A stretch of DNA of 64,000 nt. Source: Patescibacteria group bacterium. GTDB lineage: Bacteria > Patescibacteriota > Patescibacteriia > UBA10025 > JAHIVO01. The position numbers and the translations under genes are program-made. The stretch is from the NCBI GenBank assembly GCA_041660605.1, contig JBAZWB010000002.1, forward strand, positions 66,216 to 130,215. Direction: 5' to 3'. This document shows, one piece after another, positions 39,619 to 49,100 of the stretch. Under the pieces are notes generated by a model, which worked only from the letters and a program-made list of their open reading frames with translations, had not been told where the DNA came from and ran no database searches. Position 1 is the stretch's first letter. Every line of letters begins with the position of its first letter.

Positions 39619-40590
39619 TTAGCTTTTTTTCTTTTTAGAAACAGAAGAAAAATAATTTTCCAGCCATCGGGGCCACATTTTATAATTATAGCCCGCTAAA
39701 ATTCCAAACATAAAAGATAACCGGGCAACCGGCGTAAATACCGTCCAAAACGCTTTTCGCGGCAAAGAAATTCCTTGTCTCCAGGTATAAACTACATCTC
39801 TGATGCACCAGCCAAAAAATCTCAGGATCAATGAAAACGGATTGGTTCTGAATAGCTTGCCAAAAGTTTTTACTAAAAATTTTGAATCATCATACAGCAA
39901 CCGGAAAGTCTGGCTGGGTGACCGATAAAAATTATGTGAATGAATGACCGAATTACTAGGATCATAAGCTATCGCTTTTCCATTTAGCAGCACTTCCCTT
40001 GCCCAGGCTACATCTTCACCGAACTCAATCACTTTGAATGGATGTTCTAAAAAATAAGATCTTTTCACGATACTGCAGACAGTGGTAAAGACGCAGGCAT
40101 AGCGCTTTTCGGCATTGGTCAGCGCTTCAAAATTTTTGGGATCGTCAAGGCGTTGTAAGCGTGGTTGCTCGGGAAAATCATTTTCCAACTCACGCTTGCG
40201 CAAAGGGTTAAGACCGGGGCGAGGTAGATTTTTTAAATACACAGCGACTACATCTTGGGATATAATCTCCTTAAAAAGTTTTTGCAGCCATTGGCTTCCA
40301 ACTGGCGTGACGTCCTGATTCATAAATACGATAAATTCACCTCGTGCCTTTTTGGCGCCCAGGTTGCGCGTACCGCCATGGTTAAAAGATTCGGGCGGTA
40401 TTTGGATAAGTTGAATCGGAAATTTTTTAATAATATCTAAAGTGCTGTCCCGCGATCCCGAATCAATGATTATTACTTCATATTTAAAGCCAACCTTCTG
40501 GGTATAAATTGACTCCAGCACTCCCCCTAAGTATTCCTCCCCATTTTTCGTTAGAATGATAATTGATACTTTAATGTCTTGAGTGCCCAT
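39619..40590 (-). CDS. GT2 glycosyltransferase (rhamnosyltransferase-like)
   Basis: IIDSGSRD, FNHGGTRNLG, NQD, GED, HSH. Confidence 0.92.
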   Translation of the reverse strand: MGTQDIKVSIIILTKNGEEYLGGVLESIYTQKVGFKYEVIIIDSGSRDSTLDIIKKFPIQLIQIPPESFNHGGTRNLGAKKARGEFIVFMNQDVTPVGSQWLQKLFKEIISQDVVAVYLKNLPRPGLNPLRKRELENDFPEQPRLQRLDDPKNFEALTNAEKRYACVFTTVCSIVKRSYFLEHPFKVIEFGEDVAWAREVLLNGKAIAYDPSNSVIHSHNFYRSPSQTFRLLYDDSKFLVKTFGKLFRTNPFSLILRFFGWCIRDVVYTWRQGISLPRKAFWTVFTPVARLSFMFGILAGYNYKMWPRWLENYFSSVSKKKKS

Positions 40591-41725
40591 TTTTTATTTT
40601 TTTTATGCCAGGTATTTTCATTCTCAATTTATGCAAAAACGCTGCTAGCCTAAAGGATGGTGAAGTTATAATTTTATTAATTTCTTTACTCAAGTCGTCT
40701 ATGCGTTTTTTTGCTTCATTATTGTATTTTAATCGCTCTATAAAAGTAGAAATTAAAAAATCTAATTTTCTCAATTGGCTGACGGCTTTTTTATCAACAG
40801 TAGCGTCTCGATTCTCTCTATATATATCAACTAATCGCTTGGCTGCGTTTTCCAGGCAATGTTCTTTTTCTATTATTTCACGATTTTTTACGGCCAGTCG
40901 AGGGTCATATTTTTGCATTTCCTTAACTAATTGATCGGCATTATATCGAATACCATATTGCCGCCCGGAAAAATTTTTTTTCCTTATCTCATAATAATTG
41001 TCTTGACGAAGCATACCGTCGCCTCCGTTATAGTCATAAACGATCACGTCTCGGTTACAGGACATGGCCTGCAAGACTCCTTTACCCAAGCTAATTACCA
41101 AATCAGCTTCATTTATGTATTCCTCAACTGGCCATACTGAATTTACATTTAAACCAATCACCTTTAAGTTCAAGCCTAATTTGCTGCAAGCACTTTCAAT
41201 AATCCCTTTATGATCACCAAAATAATGATTGCTGATTACCAATACATTTTTTAATTCCTTGCTGACTGGCTTGGTGGGCTTAAATCTTCCAGTCTCAGTA
41301 AAATTCCTTATTATCTCCAAGTCTTTTTCGTTTACAAATTTATTTTTCAGCATGCTCTCCGTGACTTCTTCACTCACAGCTAAATATTTGGCAATGCCTA
41401 TATCAAATTCTGGCAAATGTTCTAACTGAGGCAAAACGCCATGCTGCAAATAAACCATGGGTACTGCGGGGAAAAAATACCTAGCCAGCAATGCGCTTAC
41501 ATTATGATGCGCGTGAATTATATCAAACTTTGTACCTATAATTTCCTCTAGATTATCTACCACTGGGATGCCGCAGCCCTCTATCCTTTGCGAGACCTCG
41601 CCTTTAAATAATGTAAATACCACGACAAAATGGCCCAAAGCTTTAAGTTCATTGGCTAATTCGTATGTATATAATTCCGAACCGGCGTAATTTACAAGAT
41701 GATAATTTGTCAGTAATATCTTCAT
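40571..41725 (-). CDS. GT-B fold glycosyltransferase-like protein
   Basis: AGSELYT, FDIIHAHH, AVSEE, ADLVISLG...AMSC. Confidence 0.78.
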   Translation of the reverse strand: MKILLTNYHLVNYAGSELYTYELANELKALGHFVVVFTLFKGEVSQRIEGCGIPVVDNLEEIIGTKFDIIHAHHNVSALLARYFFPAVPMVYLQHGVLPQLEHLPEFDIGIAKYLAVSEEVTESMLKNKFVNEKDLEIIRNFTETGRFKPTKPVSKELKNVLVISNHYFGDHKGIIESACSKLGLNLKVIGLNVNSVWPVEEYINEADLVISLGKGVLQAMSCNRDVIVYDYNGGDGMLRQDNYYEIRKKNFSGRQYGIRYNADQLVKEMQKYDPRLAVKNREIIEKEHCLENAAKRLVDIYRENRDATVDKKAVSQLRKLDFLISTFIERLKYNNEAKKRIDDLSKEINKIITSPSFRLAAFLHKLRMKIPGIKKIKNGHSRH

Positions 41726-43111
41726 CTACTCTTTTTTAGCAATAATAATATATTCGGGCAGGTCATCCAATTCTAATGAATCGGCATACCCGGCTAATCT
41801 TCCTCTGGATATTTTATATTTATTGAACCCTCCCGCCATCATCATCTCCTTGATCTCCTGCTGGCTATAACGATGGGTAAATCCTGCAAGTTCTGAGGTT
41901 TTATAGTAATCCGACAACTCATTCGGCATCACCATGTAAAGGGTACCATCTTTTATCAAGACCCTCTTGGCTTCCTGGATGTATGAAATAATATCGATTT
42001 TTTGTAAATGTAGAAAGGTATTTATAGAATAAACTAAATTAATTTGCTTATCCCCGACGGGTATTCGGCAACCATTTGTGATGAATAATTCAAACGATTT
42101 AATTTGCCTGTCTTTTTTAAAATTAACGCGCGCTTGGTTCAAATATTCCTGACTCACGTCAATACCAATTATTTTTTTTGCCCGATAGCCTATGTATTTT
42201 AAAATTCTGCCTACGCCAACTCCAATTTCTAAAACAATTGAATTAGAATCATAAAAATCTTTCAGCTTATCTGCTTCTTGCCGTCCCTCAAGCCAAAAGC
42301 GCTCTTCGTTACGGTTTGGTAAAATGTAATTAATGCTATTATCAGAACGCGCGAGCTCATTCCAATACATTTGGTAATAGCTCTTATGGGATTGGTAAAA
42401 CTCGATCACCTCGGCTGGAGTGCCTTGTCGAACCATCTTGCCGCTTTCTAGCAAAATCACCCTATGGCAAAATTTATTTACGGTAAATAAATCATGGCTG
42501 ACAAAAATTATCGTCTTGCCTTCATCACGTAAACGCTTAAAAACATCGTAGCATTTTTTTCTAAAATCCAAATCCCCCACGGCCAGCACCTCGTCCACCA
42601 ATAAAATATCCGCCTCAGCCTGGATAGCCGTGGCAAAAGCCAAACGCACCTGCATGCCGGAAGAAAAATTCTTCAGCTTCTGGTCGACAAATCTTTCCAG
42701 CTCGGCAAACTTTATTATATCGCTAAACTTTCCATCAATCGTACTGCGCGATAAACCCAGAATCGCGCCATACAGATAAACATTGTCGCGAGCCGATAAA
42801 TCACCCTGAAATCCCACACCCAGCTCAAGGAATGGCGCGATTGTACCGTTGACAATCACCCGGCCGGAATTTGGTTTCAAAATACCGGCAATGATTTTTA
42901 AGAGTGTCGATTTGCCCGAACCGTTGCGTCCGATAATACCGAGAAACTCGCCTTTTTTTACATTAAAACTTACCTCTTGCAAAGCCTTCAACCTTTCTGC
43001 CTGGCTGCGCTTAAGCATCCCTAAAAAATGCTCTTTCAGAGTATTTCTGCGCTCATGCGGCAGTTTGAAAATCTTGCTGACGTTTTGAATTTTAATAATT
43101 TCTTCTATCAT
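41726..43111 (-). CDS. wzt: Polysaccharide ABC exporter ATPase Wzt fused to class I methyltransferase
   Basis: GRNGSGKST, FSSGMQVRLAF, LLVDEVLAVGD, VSHD; C-terminal VLEIGVGVGR, GIDVS, EAKRVL..DG. Confidence 0.9.
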   Translation of the reverse strand: MIEEIIKIQNVSKIFKLPHERRNTLKEHFLGMLKRSQAERLKALQEVSFNVKKGEFLGIIGRNGSGKSTLLKIIAGILKPNSGRVIVNGTIAPFLELGVGFQGDLSARDNVYLYGAILGLSRSTIDGKFSDIIKFAELERFVDQKLKNFSSGMQVRLAFATAIQAEADILLVDEVLAVGDLDFRKKCYDVFKRLRDEGKTIIFVSHDLFTVNKFCHRVILLESGKMVRQGTPAEVIEFYQSHKSYYQMYWNELARSDNSINYILPNRNEERFWLEGRQEADKLKDFYDSNSIVLEIGVGVGRILKYIGYRAKKIIGIDVSQEYLNQARVNFKKDRQIKSFELFITNGCRIPVGDKQINLVYSINTFLHLQKIDIISYIQEAKRVLIKDGTLYMVMPNELSDYYKTSELAGFTHRYSQQEIKEMMMAGGFNKYKISRGRLAGYADSLELDDLPEYIIIAKKE

Positions 43112-43114
43112 TTT

Positions 43115-43882
43115 TTATAAATCTTCCGCAAAAAAAGGTTCGCGTTTTTTAAATACTAAGTAGCCGACAACAAAAACTGCCACAGTAATAAGGATAGAAC
43201 CAAAAATACCTTTTAAATCCGGGGTCTGGCCGTATATGACCGCCTCACGTGAATATTGGATAATCCGGGTCATCGGATTAAGGAAAACCCAAAAATGGTA
43301 TTTTTCCGGGATCATGGCTAGTGAATAAATTATCGGCGTGGCCCAAAAACCTGCCTGCAGCAATATTTCCCAGATATGTGATAAATCACGGAATTTTATG
43401 TTTAACGACGAAATTAAAAAACCCAGTCCCAAAACAATAAGATAAAGCTCTGCTAAAAATAAAATCAACAGCAAAAACGCCGGTGTCAACTGCACTCCGG
43501 AAAAAATAAAAAAAACGACGAAGACAATTAGATTAAGAAGTAAAGTTAAAAGAGAGGTAATTGTGGAAGCAATGACAATCAAAGTGCGGGGAAAAAATAC
43601 GCGGGAAATCAGCCCACCCTTGCTGATCAAGCTGTTTACCGCATTGGTCGTCCCTTCTGCCAGATAACCCCATAAAATTATACCGAGCAGTAAATATAAA
43701 TTATAATGTTCAATGTTAAAACGCAAAAAAATAGAAAAAACTAGATACGATATCCCGAATAAAAGCAACGGCTTAATAAAAGACCAAACATAACCCAGGA
43801 CAGAACTCTGGTATTTCAGTTTGAAGTCAGAGATCGCCAGTTCACGGATCAAATTTATTTCCTTCTGGTTTATTATCTTCAT
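43115..43882 (-). CDS. wzm: Polysaccharide ABC exporter permease Wzm
   Basis: DFKLKY..S.LGY.W, FRDL, TPIIY, NPM. Confidence 0.92.
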   Translation of the reverse strand: MKIINQKEINLIRELAISDFKLKYQSSVLGYVWSFIKPLLLFGISYLVFSIFLRFNIEHYNLYLLLGIILWGYLAEGTTNAVNSLISKGGLISRVFFPRTLIVIASTITSLLTLLLNLIVFVVFFIFSGVQLTPAFLLLILFLAELYLIVLGLGFLISSLNIKFRDLSHIWEILLQAGFWATPIIYSLAMIPEKYHFWVFLNPMTRIIQYSREAVIYGQTPDLKGIFGSILITVAVFVVGYLVFKKREPFFAEDL

Positions 43883-44083
43883 GAATATCCGTCCACTTTT
43901 AATTAACTATCTCTTGATCTTTAAAAAATATTTAGCCTAATAGCTAACGACTAATTACTAGTGACTAATCTTCCAAATTATACCATTTATAAAGGCTTAT
44001 ATTCAACCTTGCCTCGAGCGAAGCCCCCGCGTGGGGGGCGGAGTCGAGAGGACCCGATAATCCACCACCTTGCTTGCCCTAGC

Positions 44084-44231
44084 CGAGACTTCTCCATTCC
44101 TCTTCGGCTACGCTCAGAGTCAGTCGAAGTGACAAGCGTTTGTTCAGGTAAAACCCTTATGATAGGCACCAGCGCTTGTCATGTCGACCATAGGCCCTGA
44201 GCTTGCCGAAGGGCCGAAGTGGAGACATCTC
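44084..44231. repeat. REP-like inverted doublet A1 (44084-44134) / B1 (44177-44231)
   Basis: gagacttctcc...gtcgaagtgaca faces tgtcatgtcgac...ggagacatctc. Confidence 0.85.
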
Positions 44232-44244
44232 AGTCAACTGCACC

Positions 44245-44538
44245 TTACCCATACCACCCCTCACTCAAATCATTCCAGCAGGGATTCATGCTATTAATCA
44301 ACCATTCTTTTTTCTCCCGGCGCCACCGTTTTATCTGTTTCTCCCTTTGTATTGCCACAAAAATATCGTCGTGCACTTCGTAATACACTAGCTTGTTAAC
44401 ATTATACTTACTTGTAAAACCCGGATATACTTTATTCTTATGCTGCCAAACACGACTTTCAAGATTTGAAGTAACCCCGACATATAAAACACTCTTCATT
44501 TTATTAGTCAGTATATAAACATAATATTGCCAGGCCAT
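44245..44538 (-). CDS. Small GIY-YIG nuclease family protein (likely start MAWQYY)
   Basis: YYVYIL...LYVGVTSNL..R..QH, FTSKY, LVYYE, AIQREKQIK.WRR, NP.W.DL. Confidence 0.93.
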   Translation of the reverse strand: MAWQYYVYILTNKMKSVLYVGVTSNLESRVWQHKNKVYPGFTSKYNVNKLVYYEVHDDIFVAIQREKQIKRWRREKKEWLINSMNPCWNDLSEGWYG

Positions 44539-44630
44539 AATAAAAATTCCTTCCGTTTGAGGAAGGCTATGGTCTAATAGTAGTATATTAATTAACTTTG
44601 TCAATCATACTAGCGTTTTTAACTCCAAGT

Positions 44631-44863
44631 CGAGATTTCTCCATTCGTCCTCGTTCCACTCGGGCTCAGTCGAAATGACATGCGTTTTTTGACGACAAAC
44701 AACACCTGATAAAACCACCCAAGTCTGTCATATCGACCCCCTCGACTACGCTCGGGGCAGGCTTCGCGGAGACATCTCGGCTAAGCCCCACCCACGTTGT
44801 TTATTCCAAAAACGAGACTTCTCCATTCCTCTTCGGCTACGCTCAGAGTCAGTCGAAGTGACA
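44631..44863. repeat. REP-like units A2 (44631-44680), B2 (44726-44779), A3 (44813-44863)
   Basis: A3 is a 51-bp exact copy of A1. Confidence 0.88.
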
Positions 44864-44883
44864 GGGCGTATACCCCCAACACA

Positions 44884-44912
44884 AAAAGCGCCCAAGAAAT
44901 GAGCGCTCTTTG
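44884..44912 (-). terminator. Terminator of pilin gene
   Basis: Minus strand agcgctca-tttct-tgggcgct followed by T-run. Confidence 0.6.
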
Positions 44913-44937
44913 ATTATAATAAGTCTGCTTTTTTACA

Positions 44938-45459
44938 TTATCCCTCACATTCTAAATCAGCAGCTAAATCGCCACAAACTGGCGCAGTAGTAGATACCCA
45001 GTTTGAACAGGAAGTACCATCCCCTTTCAGCCAATACCAGTGCGAAGTGCTAGTACTTGGTGATTCCATTAATGCATAGACTATGTAATATGGTTCGAGT
45101 TCTCCTGGGGTTGCGCCACAGGCAACATATTCATAGTTATATAGATTTGAATCCGCTCCCGCAGATCCTGCTTTTGGATCATCCGGTACTACTGAAATAT
45201 AATCCGTTGCCAATAGCGTGCCTAAAACGGATTTAGCATTATCTAATGCCGCAATCGAAGTAACATTTGGATAAGTACTGGAATTATCGTCTGAATACAG
45301 CACTAACCCGGTCCTAATCTGACCGAGGTCTGATTTTCTAGACGCGTCGCGGGCTTTTTCTCTAGCACCGTTCAGGGCCACCAAACCGATGGTAGCCAAA
45401 ATACCGATGATGGCGATAACCACCAATAACTCAATGAGTGTAAAACCTTTCTTTTTCAT
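44938..45459 (-). CDS. Probable major type IV pilin
   Basis: [22 protein letters not shown]; own promoter, strong SD (aaagggggtg) and terminator. Confidence 0.9.
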   Translation of the reverse strand: MKKKGFTLIELLVVIAIIGILATIGLVALNGAREKARDASRKSDLGQIRTGLVLYSDDNSSTYPNVTSIAALDNAKSVLGTLLATDYISVVPDDPKAGSAGADSNLYNYEYVACGATPGELEPYYIVYALMESPSTSTSHWYWLKGDGTSCSNWVSTTAPVCGDLAADLECEG

Positions 45460-45639
45460 GAATTCACCCCCTTTCATATGTTGAGAACGGTGAATCTTTT
45501 AATTGACTTATAACGATTCACAGATCACGGATCCGAGCTGACCCGTGATAATTATGAGCCAAAAAAGTATTACCGGTCTGCTGTTAATTTTTATTATTGA
45601 CCAAAGAACTATTGATAATATTGAATAAGTGATATATAA

Positions 45640-45668
45640 ATAATATCATATTTTACCGTAATTGTCAA
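45640..45668 (-). promoter_or_regulatory. Sigma70-type promoter for pilin
   Basis: TTGACA-17 nt-TATTAT with extended -10 TG. Confidence 0.7.
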
Positions 45669-45689
45669 ACAATTATCCACTATTTCCCT

Positions 45690-46895
45690 TTAAATAGCAC
45701 TGGAAAGGTTATACATCGGCAGTATAATGGCGGAAATGAGGAAGGCTACCCCGATACCCATGATAATCATGACTATCGGCTCAATCAAGGTGGTCATATT
45801 GCGTATTGAATTTTCCAGTTCCCGGGTGTAAAAATCTGAAACTTTTCCGAGTATTTTGTCCAATTGCCCGGACTGCTCTCCCACGCTCATCATCTGGGAA
45901 AGCATCAATGGCACTTCTTTATGCTGCACAAAGACCGTGGTGATGGAAGCGCCTCCCTCAACCTGCTCAATTGTCTCCCGGATTATATCGCGATACAAAG
46001 TATTCCCCACTACATCAGCTACGATGTCCAGGGACTTGGTCAGTGGCACGCCGGAAGCCAACAGTGTTGACAAAGACTGCGCAAAGCGGGAAATATAGGT
46101 CCGATTAAAAATTGGTCCGGCAATGGGAACTTTTATTTTCAGTAAATCAACCGTATGGCGCCCATTTTCCGTTTTTACATAAGCCCGGTAGCCGATTACA
46201 CATCCGATAATAGCCAGTATCATCAGCCACCAGAAACTACGCAGGAAATCCCCCATGCCCATGAATATCCTGGTAGTCACCGGCAGTTCCGCGGAACCCT
46301 CCTCAAAAATTGAGGTGATCTGAGGCAGGACGAACATCAGCATCAGGGAGCCGACCAGGAGCAAAGCGGATAAAATGAAAACCGGATAAATCATGGCGCC
46401 CTTGGCTTTACTGCGGAGATCATAATCCTTTTCCAGCTGATCAGCCAGATACACCAAAATCTCATCCAAACGGCCGGTTGTTTCCGCTGAGCGCACCATC
46501 TGGATGTAAAAATTGCTGAAGACTTTGGGATACTTGCCTAATGATTGCGATAATTTCGCGCCGCCATCCACTTCGTCGGCCAGATCGGAAATAACGCTCT
46601 TCAATCTGTTATTATCCGTTTGGCGCACCAGCACCCGCAAAGCGCGGACGATCGGCACGTTTGAGGAAATCATGACCGACAGCTGGCGGGAAAAAACTAC
46701 GATATCTTTCGCCTTGACGCCGGAACCGAAAGACAGGCCTTTTAGAAATTCCCTGGCTTTCTTTTCTTTCAAATCGACAATCACAAGATCCTTATCCCTT
46801 AGAATTCCATAGGCGATATTTTCGGTTGGCGCGACCACCATTCCATTGATTACCTCTCCGGTTTTATTTCTGGCTTTATAATTAAAATTGGCCAT
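45690..46895 (-). CDS. pilC: Type IV pilus platform protein PilC/GspF
   Basis: FSRQLSVMI, AETTGRL, AMIYP, GEQSGQL, LIEP, ILPMY. Confidence 0.95.
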   Translation of the reverse strand: MANFNYKARNKTGEVINGMVVAPTENIAYGILRDKDLVIVDLKEKKAREFLKGLSFGSGVKAKDIVVFSRQLSVMISSNVPIVRALRVLVRQTDNNRLKSVISDLADEVDGGAKLSQSLGKYPKVFSNFYIQMVRSAETTGRLDEILVYLADQLEKDYDLRSKAKGAMIYPVFILSALLLVGSLMLMFVLPQITSIFEEGSAELPVTTRIFMGMGDFLRSFWWLMILAIIGCVIGYRAYVKTENGRHTVDLLKIKVPIAGPIFNRTYISRFAQSLSTLLASGVPLTKSLDIVADVVGNTLYRDIIRETIEQVEGGASITTVFVQHKEVPLMLSQMMSVGEQSGQLDKILGKVSDFYTRELENSIRNMTTLIEPIVMIIMGIGVAFLISAIILPMYNLSSAI

Positions 46896-46922
46896 AATTT
46901 ATATTTTGTTTTTTGATTTTTT

Positions 46923-47309
46923 TTAGCTAACCAGCTTTTTTACTTTTTCCACCACTTCGGAGGGCATAAAATGTGCCTTGATCAGATAGTCATTTGCACC
47001 GAGTGCCAATCCCTTATTTACATCCTCGCGCTGCCCGAGATTAGTCAGTAAAATTACTGGAATATTGCGGGTTTTTGCCTGTTTTTTCAGGGTTTTCAGG
47101 ACGTCAAATCCGCTCATTTTTGGCAGGATTATGTCCAATAATATTAACTGGGGCATCTCCTCTTGCGCCATTTTCAGGCCTTTCTCTCCATCATTGGCCT
47201 GCACCACTTGGAATCCCTCTAAATTAAGCTTGGCCTGATACATTCCCGCTAAAAAAGTATCATCCTCGACTAACAGAATTTTTGTTTTTACTGATTTATT
47301 TTTTGGCAT
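46923..47309 (-). CDS. Single-domain response regulator (REC) between pilB and pilC
   Basis: LLVEDD, LLDIILPKMSG, LLTN, GANDYLIK. Confidence 0.93.
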   Translation of the reverse strand: MPKNKSVKTKILLVEDDTFLAGMYQAKLNLEGFQVVQANDGEKGLKMAQEEMPQLILLDIILPKMSGFDVLKTLKKQAKTRNIPVILLTNLGQREDVNKGLALGANDYLIKAHFMPSEVVEKVKKLVS

Positions 47310-47328
47310 ATTTTTATAAAATTTGGAA

Positions 47329-49080
47329 TTAATCTTTTGTTGCCCTGATTACCTCTGATAAAGAAGTTTTTCTCTCTAACGCCTTGAGGATGCCGTCTTG
47401 GCTCATCGCTACCATATTCTGCCGCTTGGCGGTTTCCTTGATGGCATCAATGGTAGGATTAGTGACAATGACATTCCTCAGCTCGTCATCAACTGCCAAT
47501 ATTTCATCGATTAACACCCGGCCCTTATAACCGGTGTTTTCACATTTCGTACATCCCTTGCCCTCATAGAATTCCAGTTTTGGTTTTTCCTTGCCAAACC
47601 GTATTTTTATTATTTCCGGCGGGATGGTTGATAGCTGCCTTTCCACTTCTTTGACCATTATCTCGGGCAGTTTAATCTTCTCCTGGCAGTACGGGCATAA
47701 ACGCCGCACCAGGCGTTGGGCAACGATAGTGGATAAGGCGGAGGTGACCAGGAAAGGTTCAATTTTCATATCAATCAAGCGCGGTATAGCGCCAAAAGAA
47801 TCATTGGTATGCAGAGTGGAGAGTACCAAGTGGCCGGTCAGCGCGGCATGGACCGCCAATTCCGCTGTTTCATTATCGCGAATTTCACCGACCATGATGA
47901 TATCCGGATCCTGGCGCAGGATGGAACGCAGACCGGCGGCAAATGTCAGACCGACATCAGGATTGATTTGGGACTGGTTAACGCCGTCAATATAATACTC
48001 AACCGGATCCTCCAGGGTAATAATATTGATGTCTTCCTTGTTCAAAATGGTCAATAATGCCGAAAGAGTAGTGGATTTTCCTGAACCAGTCGGCCCAGTC
48101 AGCAATATCATACCCACGGTTTTTTTGATTGACTGGCGCATTATTTCCAGATGTTCGCCTTCAAAGCCTAATTTTTCCAGGTCCAAAACTACTGCCGCCC
48201 GGTCTAAAATACGCATCACCACTTTTTCATTGCTGAACAGCGGCAGGGTGGAAACACGGTAATCAATGACCCTCCCGTCCCATTCAGTGCGGAAACGCCC
48301 GTCCTGCGGTACGCGGGTCTCGTCCAGTTTCAAATTGCATAGTACTTTTATCCTGGCCACGATGGAAGAATGCACGTATTTGGGTAAAACCAGCGAGGTA
48401 TGCAGGATACCGTCAACGCGATAACGCACCCTGGTCTCATTCTCTACCGGCTCAATATGTATGTCAGAAGCATTGCCCTCAACCGCGTGCTTCAAAATAA
48501 CTGAAACCATTTTTGAGACTGGGGCGCTTTTTACCACCTCTTCCATGCCCTTTTCCTTGCCGAGAATGGCGTCTAAATCGTTACCGTCAACTTTTTCCGT
48601 GCCAGCCAGCGCCTCTTCGACTTCAGCGCCCAGCGTGGCGTATTGCTTATGGGCAAAACGGAAACCGCTTTGGGAGATTATATAATACTTAATCTTAAAA
48701 CTATTTTTTCTGGCTATAAACTCAATGGCTTCAATAGCTTTGAAATCGCTGGGGTCAACCATGGCTACTCCCACCTCGCCGCCGTCCCGGCCGAAGGAAA
48801 CGATATGGTAATTTTCTGCCAATTCGCGGGGTATCACGTGCAGGACGGACTGTGAAATAGTCTTGCCAAACAGGTCGATATAGGGCACGCCAATTATTTT
48901 ACCGCGGACTTTCGTCAGATCTTCCTCGGAAACAATGCCCTTGCGGTTTATCAGATTCAATAATTCATCCTCATCTTTCACCTCCACTCTTAGCTCAGCC
49001 AATTTTTCTGCAGTCAGGTAGCCTTCCTCGACCAATATATCGAGAAAAGATTTTTTTGCTTGTATTTGCGTGTTTTCCAT
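47329..49080 (-). CDS. pilB: Type IV pilus assembly ATPase PilB/GspE
   Basis: ASDIHIEP, PQDGR, GPTGSGKST, TLEDPVE, LRQDPDIIMVGEIRD, TGHLVLSTLH, tetra-Cys. Confidence 0.96.
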   Translation of the reverse strand: MENTQIQAKKSFLDILVEEGYLTAEKLAELRVEVKDEDELLNLINRKGIVSEEDLTKVRGKIIGVPYIDLFGKTISQSVLHVIPRELAENYHIVSFGRDGGEVGVAMVDPSDFKAIEAIEFIARKNSFKIKYYIISQSGFRFAHKQYATLGAEVEEALAGTEKVDGNDLDAILGKEKGMEEVVKSAPVSKMVSVILKHAVEGNASDIHIEPVENETRVRYRVDGILHTSLVLPKYVHSSIVARIKVLCNLKLDETRVPQDGRFRTEWDGRVIDYRVSTLPLFSNEKVVMRILDRAAVVLDLEKLGFEGEHLEIMRQSIKKTVGMILLTGPTGSGKSTTLSALLTILNKEDINIITLEDPVEYYIDGVNQSQINPDVGLTFAAGLRSILRQDPDIIMVGEIRDNETAELAVHAALTGHLVLSTLHTNDSFGAIPRLIDMKIEPFLVTSALSTIVAQRLVRRLCPYCQEKIKLPEIMVKEVERQLSTIPPEIIKIRFGKEKPKLEFYEGKGCTKCENTGYKGRVLIDEILAVDDELRNVIVTNPTIDAIKETAKRQNMVAMSQDGILKALERKTSLSEVIRATKD

Positions 49081-49100
49081 AAACTAAAACGTCAAAATAT

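Noticed and set aside
43987-44391. Short ORFs beside the GIY-YIG gene
   Set aside because: Derived from REP-like palindromes or antisense to the nuclease gene
44084-44863. CRISPR array
   Set aside because: Units alternate in orientation, spacing is irregular and no cas genes are present
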